This document shows, in pieces, positions 29,055 through 39,632 of a stretch of 64,000 nucleotides of DNA (positions within the stretch are counted from its first letter, which is position 1; the number at the start of each line of letters is the position of its first letter). Position numbers and translations under genes: made by a program. The notes under the pieces were generated by a model. It searched no databases, was not told the origin of the DNA, and saw only the letters and a program-made list of their open reading frames with translations. This stretch comes from Planctomycetota bacterium (GTDB lineage: Bacteria > Planctomycetota > JAJSAM01 > JAJVHW01), in the NCBI GenBank assembly GCA_965248445.1, contig CBDFJG010000004.1:864001-928000 (forward strand), read 5' to 3'.

Positions 29055-30586
29055 GTACCCGTTCAGCCCTTGGTTCTGAGCTCGGATCCAGATCGCTTTC
29101 CGTTCGGTCGATGAATCGGATGTGGGCACCGATGAGCTGCGTGATCTGGTCGAGCGCCTGACCCGTCGTCTGGACGCTCGGGACGAGACGATTGCCGAGC
29201 AGGCGGAGGTGATCGAGCGGCAGGCGGCACGGATCGACGATCTCGAGAGCCGTCTTCGCCGGGACTCCCGCACCTCCTCGCGCCCACCGTCCTCGGATCC
29301 GTCGTGGTCCAAGAAGCGGCGGCGGCGCAAGCCGCCGTCGGACAAGCGCCAGGGTGCGCAGCCCGGCCACAAAGGGGCGACGCGCAAGCTCGTGGACGAG
29401 TCCGAGGTCGATGGCGTAGAGGACCACCGCCCGCGCGAGTGCAGCGCGTGTGGGAGCGACGTGCTCGTCCCGATCGATCGCGCCCCGACACGCCAGCAGG
29501 TCTTCGAGGTCCCGCCACGGCTGATCCAGGTGACCGAGCACCGGTTGCACCGGGCACGGTGCACGGACTGTGGCGCCACGTCCACTGCCTCGCTGCCAAG
29601 CGGTGTGACGGCGAGTCCCTTCGGCCCGCGACTCTGTGCGCTCACCGCGGCTCTGGTCGGCGTCTTCCGCCTGTCGCGGCGCGAGACCAGTCGTCTGTTG
29701 CGTGACGTCATCGGCGTCTCGATGTCACCGGGCACGGTCAGTGCGATCGAGGAGCGGGTGTCGGGAGCCATCTCCTCAGCGCACATCGAGGCCCTCGGGG
29801 CCGTACGCACGAGCAGCGTCGCCTATGTAGACGAGACACCGTGGTCGCGTCGTGGCACGCTGCATTGGCTGTGGAGCGCGGTCTGTGAGCACGCCACGGT
29901 CCATCGTATCGATCGGCGCAGGAGCGCCAAGGCCATGCGGCGACTCGTGGGCAAGCGCTTCAGGGGCGTCCTCGTGACCGACCGTATGGGCGCTTACGAC
30001 CAGCATCCCACCGAGCGCCGCCAGATCTGCTGGGCGCATCTCGAGAGGGACTTTCGAGCGCTGGCCGAGGGCTCGCGCGGCGGCCGGCGCTTCGGCAAGC
30101 AGGCCGTGCGTCTCGCCCAGGCTGTCATGCGAGCTCAGCGTCACTTCGGCGAGCACGGGGACCGCGACCGCATGCGGCGTGAGCTGCGTCTCACATGGGA
30201 CCGACTCCTGACGCTGCTCGTGCGCGGCGCAGACAGCAAGCACCGCCGAGTACGCGGAACGACTCGGCATCTGCTCGACCGAGCGGAGGCTCTGTGGACC
30301 TTCGCCGACGTCCCTGGCGTCTCCCCGACGAACAACGCCGCTGAGCGCGCGGTGCGCAAGCCGGTCCTGTGGAGACGCGCAACGCACGGAAGTCAGAGCG
30401 AGCGCGGACTCCGCTTCGTCGAGCGCATCCTGACCGTCACCGCCACGCTCCGCCAGCGTGGCGAGAGCGTCTTCGATTACCTCGCAGACGTCAGCGCGGC
30501 ACTCGCGCACAACCGCTCGCCGCCGGCTCTCGTCGCGCTCCCGATCACGCGCTGAGGCCGCGGATCGTCATACCCTGAACGGGTAC
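29055..30586 (+). mobile_element. IS66-family element, copy B (distinct from copy A)
   Basis: IR GTACCCGTTCAG / CTGAACGGGTAC; no flanking direct repeat. Confidence 0.9.
29122..30555 (+). CDS. IS66 family transposase
   Basis: DSRTSSRPPSSD, YVDET, QICWAH, PTNNAAERAVR. Confidence 0.95.
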   Translation: MGTDELRDLVERLTRRLDARDETIAEQAEVIERQAARIDDLESRLRRDSRTSSRPPSSDPSWSKKRRRRKPPSDKRQGAQPGHKGATRKLVDESEVDGVEDHRPRECSACGSDVLVPIDRAPTRQQVFEVPPRLIQVTEHRLHRARCTDCGATSTASLPSGVTASPFGPRLCALTAALVGVFRLSRRETSRLLRDVIGVSMSPGTVSAIEERVSGAISSAHIEALGAVRTSSVAYVDETPWSRRGTLHWLWSAVCEHATVHRIDRRRSAKAMRRLVGKRFRGVLVTDRMGAYDQHPTERRQICWAHLERDFRALAEGSRGGRRFGKQAVRLAQAVMRAQRHFGEHGDRDRMRRELRLTWDRLLTLLVRGADSKHRRVRGTTRHLLDRAEALWTFADVPGVSPTNNAAERAVRKPVLWRRATHGSQSERGLRFVERILTVTATLRQRGESVFDYLADVSAALAHNRSPPALVALPITR

Positions 30587-30595
30587 AAACTTTCA

Positions 30596-30639
30596 GGGGG
30601 GGGGGGGGGGGGGTAAGTCCTTTTTGAACAACGACTTAC
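30596..30639. repeat. Poly-G tract (18 G) plus GTAAGTC-N13-GACTTAC inverted repeat
   Basis: Directly read. Confidence 0.8.
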
Positions 30640-30871
30640 GAGCTTCACGCGCCGTCTTTCCCCATCTCGCTGGCGTCTGCGCCAGGCTCGGGTGCGAGAG
30701 GCGTTCGGCTTGGCCATCGCGGGAGTAGAGCACGCTCCCCCCGCCAGCGCAAACGAACCCCTGAGGGACTTCGGCCGAGGGGTAGCGTCCCACGAAGGTG
30801 TGTACATTTGTCTGACGACAGATTCTAAGGAAGCAACCTGGATGGGCCAGCCACGGATAGGAGGTGCGACC

Positions 30872-31108
30872 TCACGCCGGCCGGAGGCTGTTGGGCGGGT
30901 TCGGATGCTCCCGGACGCACCACTCCCACAGCTCGACGTGGTGCTGGCGCTCCCGCAGGAGGTCGGGGTAGAGGCCGACGACGGCGTCCGACAGAGCCTG
31001 GATGGGAAGATCCACGATCTCCCCCGCGACGGCGAAGCGGCGCTTGCCGGTCGGGCTGAGGCCGAGATCCTGAGCGAGCAGGAGTGTCCCGGGGAAGCGA
31101 GCGGCCAT
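30872..31108 (-). CDS. Small hypothetical protein, last gene of tail operon
   Basis: Starts 3 nt after the lipoprotein stop; no recognisable motif. Confidence 0.5.
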   Translation of the reverse strand: MAARFPGTLLLAQDLGLSPTGKRRFAVAGEIVDLPIQALSDAVVGLYPDLLRERQHHVELWEWCVREHPNPPNSLRPA

Positions 31109-31111
31109 CGG

Positions 31112-31615
31112 CTACTCGGCGGGCTCCGGTTCCTTCTCCGGATCGGCGGTCGGCGCCTCGGTGGGCTTCTCGGCCGCCACGTCGTTCGAGCCGCCCGCCA
31201 GACCAAGGGCCTCCGCGACCGACTCGGCGGCTCCCTTCGCCGGGCCGTCCAGGTTGGCGTCCACGCGGATCGGGGTCTCGTTCGTAGGAGACGCCGTGCC
31301 TCCGCGCTGATCGGTGCCGACCTTCACGTCCTGGCGCGAGTAGAACAGATCGCCGACGCTGCCGGGGTTGCCCGCGGCCGCGCGTGCCTGGACAAACGCG
31401 GCGAGCTGCTCGGGCGTCCAGCGGTCCATGCCGAGCGGCCAGTCGGAGACGGTGACCTGGGTACGCACGACATCGGCTTCCTCGACGGCGAGGACACCGG
31501 CCGACCAACTGAGCGTCGGGTTGGCGGCGCCGGCGTCGGCGCGCCCGGTGGCGCAGCCGGGAAGCAGGAGAGCGGCCGGCAGGATGGCGAGAGCGGCGAG
31601 CAGGGGGAACTTCAT
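31112..31615 (-). CDS. Lipoprotein in lysis-module position (spanin-like or exclusion lipoprotein)
   Basis: MKFPLLAALAILPAALLLPGC lipobox; ATGA-coupled to holin-like gene. Confidence 0.6.
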   Translation of the reverse strand: MKFPLLAALAILPAALLLPGCATGRADAGAANPTLSWSAGVLAVEEADVVRTQVTVSDWPLGMDRWTPEQLAAFVQARAAAGNPGSVGDLFYSRQDVKVGTDQRGGTASPTNETPIRVDANLDGPAKGAAESVAEALGLAGGSNDVAAEKPTEAPTADPEKEPEPAE

Positions 31616-31893
31616 CGGTGTGACTCCTCTCGGTCGAGATGGTGCTCGACCCGTTCGATGGAGGCCTTCGCGGCCCCCAGGATCTCGGTGCACGTGGTGA
31701 TGAGCGCCGCGGACCTCTCTTCGAGGACCTCCACGGCGCGCACGGACTGACGCTGCGCCTCGTGGCACGCGTCGGCGATCACCTTCTGCGTCGCGTCGCT
31801 CTCGCGCATGCGGCGCAGGAAGAGCACCACCAGGACGACGAGCACCACGAGGGAGGGCACCTGACGGGCGGCTTCGGTGAGCACGGCTTCCAT
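31612..31893 (-). CDS. Putative holin (single N-terminal TM plus coiled coil)
   Basis: 93 aa; VPSLVVLVVLVVLFLRR TM followed by charged helix; located after tail genes. Confidence 0.55.
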   Translation of the reverse strand: MEAVLTEAARQVPSLVVLVVLVVLFLRRMRESDATQKVIADACHEAQRQSVRAVEVLEERSAALITTCTEILGAAKASIERVEHHLDREESHR

Positions 31894-31896
31894 GGA

Positions 31897-33197
31897 TCAG
31901 GCCCGGGCTGCAGCGTCACCTGCGTGCGCGTGACGGCCACGATCTCGACGCTCCCCGGGTAGCCGAGCAGGTGGGCCGTGACCTTCGGGGCGTTCTGGAA
32001 GGGCTCCGGGAACACCACCACGATCGGATCGTCGGGGCCGACCACCACGTCGCCCTCGAGCTTGCGGTTGAACTTGCGTCGGATGATCACGAGCCGTGGG
32101 ATGCGCACGTACCGCAGGCCGTCGCCTCGAACGGTGACCCGCAGCCGACAACGCCAGTACGTGTAGGTCCCGGCGACATGCGGACGGTAACCGTCCCAGG
32201 GCCCCGCGGGCGTCGGGCTCGTGTCGATCTCAACCTCAACGTCCGGCGGGACCAGCGGCGTGAGTCGCCACGAGTTCTTGGACGCGAAACCCGGTGTGCC
32301 GAGCGGGATGGTCGTGCCGTCCCTGGTCCGACGCGCGCCGAGTGCCGGACGGCGCACGGCGCCGAACGGGAGTGCGCCGTCTACGGGATACTCGACGCCG
32401 AGGTCGAGTTCCACGCGCTGGTGCTCGACCTGGCCGGCATCGAAGACGGACGACTCGTAGGAGCCCTCGGGCCAGTACTTCGCGAAGCACGGCACTTCCA
32501 CGAACGACCCGAAGGGTGACGCCGCGGCCCCGAAGTGCTCGGGCAGGCGTTCGAGACGCAGAGCGCCGCCGTCCAACTCGACGTGAGTCTTCGGACCCAT
32601 CCAGCCCTGGGCACCCTCGTCGGACGTGTCCTCCGTGACGTGGTCGTCGAGCGACTCGATCGTGACGGTGACCGTCGCTGCCGCGCGCGAGGTGCGTCCG
32701 TTCCGGTCCACGGCCTTCATGTGGAACTTCTGCGAGCCGGAGGAGGACCAGGCCCAAGAGTACGGCGAACTGTTCGGGTCTGCGGCGACGCGTGTCCCGT
32801 CCTCCCACGTGGACCCTCCGCGGATCTCGTGCGTTGCAGTCACGCCATCCGAAGGCACGGACCAGCGGAAGTTCAGGTTCGCTCCGTCCTGCGAGACGGC
32901 GAACCCGCTGGGTGTGCCGGGGAGCTGAGGCGTGCCCTCGTCCGCCATCGGCGCGACCCGGACGGTCTCCCACTCGTCCTCTTCGACGAGGCCGCCGTCA
33001 TCGAGGACTGCTGCGGCGGCGAAGGAGTAGGCACGCTCCGGGTGCAGTCCCTCGGCTGTGAACTCCGTTCCCTGCGTGCGACTGACCTCCGTCCAACCCG
33101 TGCTCCCCTCCTCGCGCTTGAGCACGGCGGTGGTGCCCGACTCTGCGCGAGACCAGGAGAGAACGACATCGACGTAGCGGAGGGTGTCATCGCCCAC
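31897..33197 (-). CDS. Tail tip/fibre protein with FN3-like domains
   Basis: VLSWS...YSFAAAAV and PGTPSGFAVSQDGANLNFRW FN3-like repeats; C-terminal VVFPEPFQNAPKV; probable stop at 31897 if a 1-bp indel is present (ORF otherwise runs to 31779). Confidence 0.7.
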
Positions 33198-33240
33198 GTG
33201 TCCGAGGATCTCTCCGTGCGGAGCCTCTCTCCACTCGCCG

Positions 33241-35871
33241 TCACCTGACCCGCGCTCGCAGGTTCGTCACGCGCCGCGGGCGGCGTCCCCGACGTCTCGC
33301 CTGGCGTCCACGCCCACGCGCCACCGTGGCCTGCGCGCTGACGGGCACGGTCACGGACTGGAGCGTGTAGGCCGTGGACTTCATCACGCGGCCCGCGTAC
33401 CGCACCACGATCTTGCCGTCCTCGTCGCGTCCGACGATCCCGGCCAGGACACGGACCTTGAGCTCCAGCGCCTTGGGGCCGGTCGAGTACGGCACCCGCG
33501 TCTTCACGGTCACGATGTCGGCAGCCTCGATGTGCTGCACACCGGGGTGCGCTTCCCACGAGCAGGGGAACGGCAGCTCGCGCGCCTGCACGGCCAGGTG
33601 ACGAAGCATCCGCGCGGCCTCGGTCTCGCGCGTGGCGCCGCGCAGGTTCACCTCGCGGATGTTCGTGGGCGTGCCCTCGGGGAGCCCGTCCACCGGGTAG
33701 AGCAGTTCGTCGCGCTCGTGCCGAATCGTCTCGTTCCAGAAGGATCCCTGGATGCCGGAGGGGGACTTGCCCCACTCGTCGAGCTTCAGCACGAACTTCG
33801 ACATGTTCTGGTTGCGCGGGTCCACGTCGTCGATGAACGTGAAGACGGGGTCGCCGTCCTGGTCGAGCGGGAACCGCCAGCGCACGCCCTGGAGCGTGGC
33901 GAAGCAGTAGCCGAGGAAGGCAATGTCGCCGACCGTCTCCATGAGCGACTGCGGCGTGTCGAAGACGACGTTCAGGCGGCAGCGGCGCTCGCCGTTGGTG
34001 GCTGAGGCGGGCCGGTTGGCGTCGTCGCCGGGTCGGTGAACCCATGCGTCGCAGAAGTCGGCGAACGCAATCAGGCCGTTGCGTTCCGCGGGCGAGCCGT
34101 TGGCACCAAGGAAGAGGTCCTGGCCGGTGAAGAAGAAGCCCGCCCCGTAGCGCTCGGTGGCCGCGCCCTCCGCCGAGGTCACAAGGTCGCGGATCGCCAG
34201 CGCGGCGTTCTGGCTGGAGCCGAGGTCCCGCGCCCCTCCCTGCGCATCCGTGCGCGGGTCGTAGAGCTTCGCCCGCCGCGCGATGCAGGTGACACGCAGG
34301 CTGCCACCCGAGAGGAACGCACCCGGGCTCCCGCGTAGACCGAGCAGCGCCGTCCCCGGGTAGCAGAAGCCCTCGTGGAGCACCTCGGTGACGTACGTGA
34401 AGTTGAGCTCGTCCACGACGAGCGGGTCCGTCGGGTGCGCGGTCAGCCGCGTGACGCGGACCTCGTAGGCGTCGCGGTCGAACTCCTCCAGCGCCGTCGT
34501 CGCTCCGCTCTCGCCCTCGATCGCGCGCTGGGTCAGCTCGTCCTTGACGTCGATCTCCCAGCGCATCGTGCCGGGTCGCTCGCCGATCAGCACGAAGCTG
34601 TTCCCGCCGGCGGACCGCAGCCGGTTCCAGGAGGACGCACCGAGCGTGCGGTACTCGACGCGCAGCGCCACCTGGACCGCGCGAGTGCCGCCGTCGTCCT
34701 TGTAGTGGATCATCCCCTGCGGGGCGGTGATGCCGATCCGCAGGTTGTCGGCCTCGCGGCCCGCGGTCGTGTAGCTGATCGGGTTGGAGCGCTTCAGCAG
34801 ACTGTCGTTCGGGTTGCGCGATTGCTCGAGGTCCGTGACCCCGTCGATCGGCTGCTGGTCGAGCGTTCCCGGTCGCCACACGATCCGAAGCCGCCGGAAC
34901 GCCGACGTCCGGTAGGTCGCGGTGACCTTCTTCCCGCTCGACGGCGCCCTGCCGAAGATCACCTTGGTGACGCCCTTGACGTTCTGCGTGAACGCAACGC
35001 CCTCGGCGCCCAGGTACTCGTAGGCGACGCGTACCGTGAAGCCCCGCGGCGGCCGCCGCTTGAAGCGGATCTTCACGCGGTGTGGCGCGAGCTTCTGCGC
35101 GCTCCACCGGTAGACGCCCACGCCGCGAAGCTGCTCGAACTCGGGCGCTCCCGGGCCGCGGATGAAGAGCCGCAGCGAGCGGCCGAGAATGCGGTCCGTC
35201 CGGTCGTCGCGACGCAGGTTGAAGGTGAGCTTGGGGCGCGGGAGCGGGAACCCGGTGAGCGGGTTGTACGTGACGGGCGGCGGTGCGGGGACCGTGAACT
35301 CCGCGCTCGCCGTCAGCGTCATCCACGCCTTCTTGACCCCGTCTACGAAGAGCTCGACACCCGGCATCTCGTCGTCGCCGAGCACGACCTTACGGTGCGG
35401 GAACGTGAACGTGCGCCTCTTGTTGTTGCCCCGCCCGAGTTCCTCCTCGTAGAGCTTGGACAGGATCTCACGGTCGTTGATGCGGATGTCGGAGATGTCC
35501 GCGATCTCGCCCTCGGCGACGATGCCGAGCCAGCGGAACTCCTGGCGGCGGGTGTTGCGGATGTCGCCCGGCGAGACGCCCTCGATCGCCTCGGTGACCG
35601 ACTCGTTGATCACGACCGGCTTGATGGTGTGCTCGCCGTAGAGGATCGGGACGTGCGCCTCGGGGCCGCGGGGGTTGTCGAAGCGGTCGATCCCGTAGGT
35701 GGGCGAGTCCCGGAGCTGCTTTTGCCGCGGCGGCGTGGGGGTGAGCGCCGTGCCGGCGATGGTCCCCGCTCCCGACACGATCAGCGGGACGCCCACCGGC
35801 GTCGCGATCAGCAGGATGCCCGCGACGATCTGGAGCGCGCCGAGGACGTAGCCGAGGGTCTTGCTCGCCAC
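33241..35871 (-). CDS. Phage tail tip / host-specificity protein (lambda gpJ-like)
   Basis: VPILYGEH, IVAEGEI, YEVRVTRLT, YPGTALLGL, SQNAALAIRDL, FADFCD, RCRLNVVFD. Confidence 0.85.
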   Translation of the reverse strand: MASKTLGYVLGALQIVAGILLIATPVGVPLIVSGAGTIAGTALTPTPPRQKQLRDSPTYGIDRFDNPRGPEAHVPILYGEHTIKPVVINESVTEAIEGVSPGDIRNTRRQEFRWLGIVAEGEIADISDIRINDREILSKLYEEELGRGNNKRRTFTFPHRKVVLGDDEMPGVELFVDGVKKAWMTLTASAEFTVPAPPPVTYNPLTGFPLPRPKLTFNLRRDDRTDRILGRSLRLFIRGPGAPEFEQLRGVGVYRWSAQKLAPHRVKIRFKRRPPRGFTVRVAYEYLGAEGVAFTQNVKGVTKVIFGRAPSSGKKVTATYRTSAFRRLRIVWRPGTLDQQPIDGVTDLEQSRNPNDSLLKRSNPISYTTAGREADNLRIGITAPQGMIHYKDDGGTRAVQVALRVEYRTLGASSWNRLRSAGGNSFVLIGERPGTMRWEIDVKDELTQRAIEGESGATTALEEFDRDAYEVRVTRLTAHPTDPLVVDELNFTYVTEVLHEGFCYPGTALLGLRGSPGAFLSGGSLRVTCIARRAKLYDPRTDAQGGARDLGSSQNAALAIRDLVTSAEGAATERYGAGFFFTGQDLFLGANGSPAERNGLIAFADFCDAWVHRPGDDANRPASATNGERRCRLNVVFDTPQSLMETVGDIAFLGYCFATLQGVRWRFPLDQDGDPVFTFIDDVDPRNQNMSKFVLKLDEWGKSPSGIQGSFWNETIRHERDELLYPVDGLPEGTPTNIREVNLRGATRETEAARMLRHLAVQARELPFPCSWEAHPGVQHIEAADIVTVKTRVPYSTGPKALELKVRVLAGIVGRDEDGKIVVRYAGRVMKSTAYTLQSVTVPVSAQATVARGRGRQARRRGRRPRRVTNLRARVR

Positions 35872-35874
35872 GAC

Positions 35875-36522
35875 TCACTCCACCCGGAGCGCGCGCGCGT
35901 CAGCGGAGGTCGGGAACCCCCCGAACCGAAGCGGCTCGCCCTCGTAGTGCTTGCGGCAATCCTCGCGTGTCCTCGCGCAGGTCGGCAGATCGCCCACGTA
36001 GCCGCAGTGGCTGCCCCGGTAGATCCAGCGGCAGCGAAGCCCCTGGAGGGTGCGGTCGGGGATGCGGATCTCCTCCGCGGGGAAGACGCCCAAGTCGAAC
36101 GCCACCGCCTCGCGCCCGATGAAGGAGTAGGCGCTGACGAAGAAGACCCACTCGATGACCAGGTCCTCGGGGGCTGGGTTCCCGGGGAGTGGGCCCGTGA
36201 GCAGCGTGCGGCTTGCCTGCCGGATCGTGCAGCGACGGCCGCGCAGGTCCTCGCCACCCGCATCGGGGTGGCAGAGCGGACCGAGCACACCGTCCGCGTT
36301 CTGGAGCACCAGCTGGAGGGCGGGGATCTCGCGCTCGGCTGACTCCTGGATCTCGCCGAACGCGCCGCCTGTCGCCTCGAACGTGAGGTCGTTCCACACG
36401 CGGGGCTCCGTGTCGATCGCGTAGCGAAGCGGCGTCGTCTTGCGCTCGATCTCGACCAGCGCCACCAGGTCGAGCTGGTCGCCTTCCAGCAGCGCGAGCA
36501 GCGCGGGGCTCTTGGCTCTCAC
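35875..36522 (-). CDS. Minor tail protein (lambda gpL-like hub with Cys cluster)
   Basis: CRWIYRGSHCGY...CARTREDC...RFGGFP. Confidence 0.8.
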   Translation of the reverse strand: MRAKSPALLALLEGDQLDLVALVEIERKTTPLRYAIDTEPRVWNDLTFEATGGAFGEIQESAEREIPALQLVLQNADGVLGPLCHPDAGGEDLRGRRCTIRQASRTLLTGPLPGNPAPEDLVIEWVFFVSAYSFIGREAVAFDLGVFPAEEIRIPDRTLQGLRCRWIYRGSHCGYVGDLPTCARTREDCRKHYEGEPLRFGGFPTSADARALRVE

Positions 36523-37175
36523 AGGACGTTCGGGGTCTCGGCGTAGCTCCAGCCGGGCCCCGCCTCCCGCAGTTGGACGGACACCGTACGGTCAACGAGC
36601 GCGTCGCCGACGGCGCCGCCGGTCGCGAGCTCCTGGTCGTCGGGCAGATCGTCCCCCTCGAAGCGCACGGGGACATAGAAGTCGTAGGCGAGCGTGACGG
36701 TCGCGCCCGTCCCGGGTGCCGTGACGAAGCGGACGACGAGCTTGGAGGACGTGCCGAGCACGTACGCGCCGCCCGACTCGTTCACCACCGAGTAGTGGAC
36801 GCCGAGCGTCTGCAGGAAGCCGTCCTTCCGGACGACCAGCGTCGCGGTGTCCACGTAGCGCCGCGTCGCGTCGAAGTCCTTCTGCGTCGCGCTCTCGACA
36901 GCGGGCGCGTCGATCATCGCCTTCGCGCCGGAGTTCTGCTGCTGGTAGAGGAACGCCTCGAAGCCGCCGAAGCGCGCGTTCCAGAACGCCTCGAAGTCCC
37001 TGTAGGTGCCGCCCTTGTTCGGGAAGAGCAGTGAGCCGCGCACGGCCAACTCGCCCGCGGCGTGGATCTTCTGCAGCGTGCGCCGCCCGCCGCCCTGCTC
37101 GTGGACCACGTTGCGAAACGCCTGGTACTCGACGAACGACCTGCGGAGGAACGTGAAGGGGAAGATCGTCGCCAC
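36519..37175 (-). CDS. Distal tail protein (DUF2460-like)
   Basis: FEAFWNARFGGFEAFLY, FVTAPGTGATVTLAYDFYVPVRF. Confidence 0.8.
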   Translation of the reverse strand: MATIFPFTFLRRSFVEYQAFRNVVHEQGGGRRTLQKIHAAGELAVRGSLLFPNKGGTYRDFEAFWNARFGGFEAFLYQQQNSGAKAMIDAPAVESATQKDFDATRRYVDTATLVVRKDGFLQTLGVHYSVVNESGGAYVLGTSSKLVVRFVTAPGTGATVTLAYDFYVPVRFEGDDLPDDQELATGGAVGDALVDRTVSVQLREAGPGWSYAETPNVL

Positions 37176-37177
37176 CG

Positions 37178-39629
37178 TCAGTCCCTCGCCCGTGCGCCGC
37201 GGCGGCCAGGACGGCTGAGCGCCGAGCCGACGATCGCCGCGCGCGCATCGGGGCTGGACTTGGCCATCACGTCGTCGGCGATGACGGCGGGCGGCCGGAC
37301 GGTCAGCGCCACGTTGATGTCGCCCTCGCCGCGGGAGTTGGCGCCGTCGGTCACGCGGATCACTTCGCCCGGCGAGACCTTCATGGTGACGAGCTGGCTG
37401 TCGAGGCCACCGAAACCGCCCACGCGGAAGGTGCCTCCGTGCGCCGCCGAAGCAGCCGGCGCGGCCGAGGCCCCTCCAGCACCGGCATCGGCACCGCCTC
37501 CTGCCCCCGAGAGGCCTGGGAACAGAGACAGGATCGCCTTCATGATCAGGGCCTGCTGGATCATGCGTGCCACGTCGAGAGCGAACTGCGCCGCGAAGTC
37601 CCGGAACGCCTCCGACGCCGACCTGCTCCCGCTGGCGACCTCTGCCAAGGCGTCGTTGATCCCCGCCGGAGAGGTCGTTCACGGCGACATCGGCCATCTG
37701 CGCTCCCAGCCGACCCCACCCCGCCGTCTCCTCGCGAAGCTGGCTGATCCGCGCCTGGAAGCCCGCGCCGAGATCCTCGCCGGTGACCGCCGCGGACAGC
37801 TGCCCCTGCCGGCGAACGCGCGCCTGCGCCTGCGCCGAGAGCGCCTCGATCTCCAGCGCCTTCGTGAGCTCGCCGCGGCGGCGCAGTTCCTCGACCTGCT
37901 TGCGCGTCTCCTCCTGGAGTGCGGCCAGGTGCGCCGCTGTGGCAAGGCGCGCGAGCCGGGACTGATCCGTCTCGCCCTCGGCCGCGAGGGCGAGGACGCG
38001 CTGGTTGTAGTCGGCGAGCCAGGCGAGCTCCTGCTCGCGCCCCTCGCGAAGGATCGTGCGACGCTGGTCGATGTGTGCGGCGAAGAGCGCGCGGCGCTTC
38101 TGCCCGGCCTGCTCCTGCGGCAGGAGCCCGCGCCGTTCGGCGTCGCCGACGATGCGGACCTCGGCGCTGTAGCGCGCCCCCGCCTCGTCGAGCTGCAGCC
38201 GCGTGAGGTTCCGGTCGTCCACGAGCGTCGCGGCCTGCGCCTGCCGGCGGATCGCGTCCACGCGGTCGAGGAAGTTGCTCTGCGCGTCGATCGCGAGCTG
38301 GTCGTGCTCGGCGTTGATGGCCGCCTCTCGCCGACGGAACTCCTCCACGAGCCGCAGGTACTCCGGCGCGTCGCGCTCGAGCCCCTCCAGCGCCTTCGAC
38401 GCGAGCGTCTCCTCGACCTCGGCGCGATGCTCGGTGAGCGCCTTGTCGCGGTCAGCGACGCCGGGGTCCACGCGAAGTGCGGCGCGGTCGTTCTCGCGGC
38501 GCAGCGCATCCGCGCGCGTCGCAGCGGTGCGCACGGCAGCGATGCCCTCCCGAACCGTCTTCTCGCGCTCCAAAAGATCGAGCATCTCGCGCTCGTGCTG
38601 GATGCGTGCCCGTAGTTCGTTGCGCTTCTCGGGCGGCCCGTCCGAAGCGCGCCGCAGGTCGTCGATCGCGTCGTTGATGCGAGAGCGCTGGCGCTCCAGC
38701 GCGGGATCGAAGAGATCGGGACGCAGCAGCCCCTGGATTGCGACGCCCTTGTCGCGACGCGCCCGCTCCCGCGCAGTCTGCGCCGCGTCGAACTGTGCCT
38801 GCGCGGACGCGGCGGCCTTGGCGTCGGCGGCGATCTTCTTCTGCGCGTCGGCCTCTTCCTTCACGGCGGCGGCGGCCTTCTTCCGGCTGCCCGCGATCTC
38901 GTCCTGGATCTCCTGCTGCTCACGCAGGCCGGCGATGTAGCGCTCCTGCTCCCTGACCAGCGCGTCGGCGGCCTGGGCGGCGTTGTCGATCGACGGGAGG
39001 AAGCCCTCGCGCGGGAAGATCGCAGCGCCGAGATTGCGCCAGAACGAGCCAACGTCCTCGTGGCCGATGAGGCCCGCCTGACTCTCCCTGACAGCGAGGT
39101 TCTTGCGGCGGCGGAGTTCCTTCTCGGCGCCCGCGATGTCCACGTCAGCCGACTCGGCGTCCTCGCCGCGACGCAGGAGGCCCAGTTCGATCCGCAGCTT
39201 CTCCAAGCTCTCGCGTGTGGACTTCGCCCGGTCCTCGGTCGCAGCGAAGACCGAGACGATGTCCTCCTTCTGAGAGACGAGCAGCGCGAAGCCCGCACCG
39301 ACAGCGGCGATGGCGATGCCGACCGGCGTGAAGCCACCCGAGACGAGTCCGGCGAGCGAGGTCGTGATGCCGGACATCGCCGGGGACACCTCGCTGCCCA
39401 TGAGCGTCAGGGACTGGGTGGCGAGCTGCGTCGCCTGCTCCACGCCGCGCAGAGCCGGACCAACGCCCTGGATCTCGTTGGTGACCGAACGCATTGCCTT
39501 GCCCGCGCTGCCCATCTGGCGGATCTCGGTGCCGGTCTTCTTGACGGCGGCGCGCGCCTTGCCGAGATCGGACGTGATCTGCGCGGAGTCCGCGCTGAGC
39601 AGCACTCGCAGCTTTCCGACGACGGCCAT
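37178..39629 (-). CDS. Tail tape measure protein (~816 aa), +1 G frameshift at ~37661
   Basis: VGKLRVLLSAD N-terminus; long Ala-rich helices; C-terminal AHGGTFRVGG...GEVI; removing one G in CGGGGATC restores the frame. Confidence 0.85.
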
Positions 39630-39632
39630 GGG

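Noticed and set aside
16560..30613. Poly-C and poly-G tracts as paired inverted ends of one element
   Set aside because: Flanking sequences share no complementarity beyond the homopolymers
30750..30810. c-di-GMP-I riboswitch-like words on the minus strand (GGGACGC...CGGCCGAAG)
   Set aside because: Lacks the GGCAAA/GNRA P2 elements and has no downstream gene
36519..39629. 1036-aa tape measure-DUF2460 fusion in the ORF track
   Set aside because: Artefact of a +1 G at ~37661; the true TMP C-terminus is in another frame and DUF2460 has its own start
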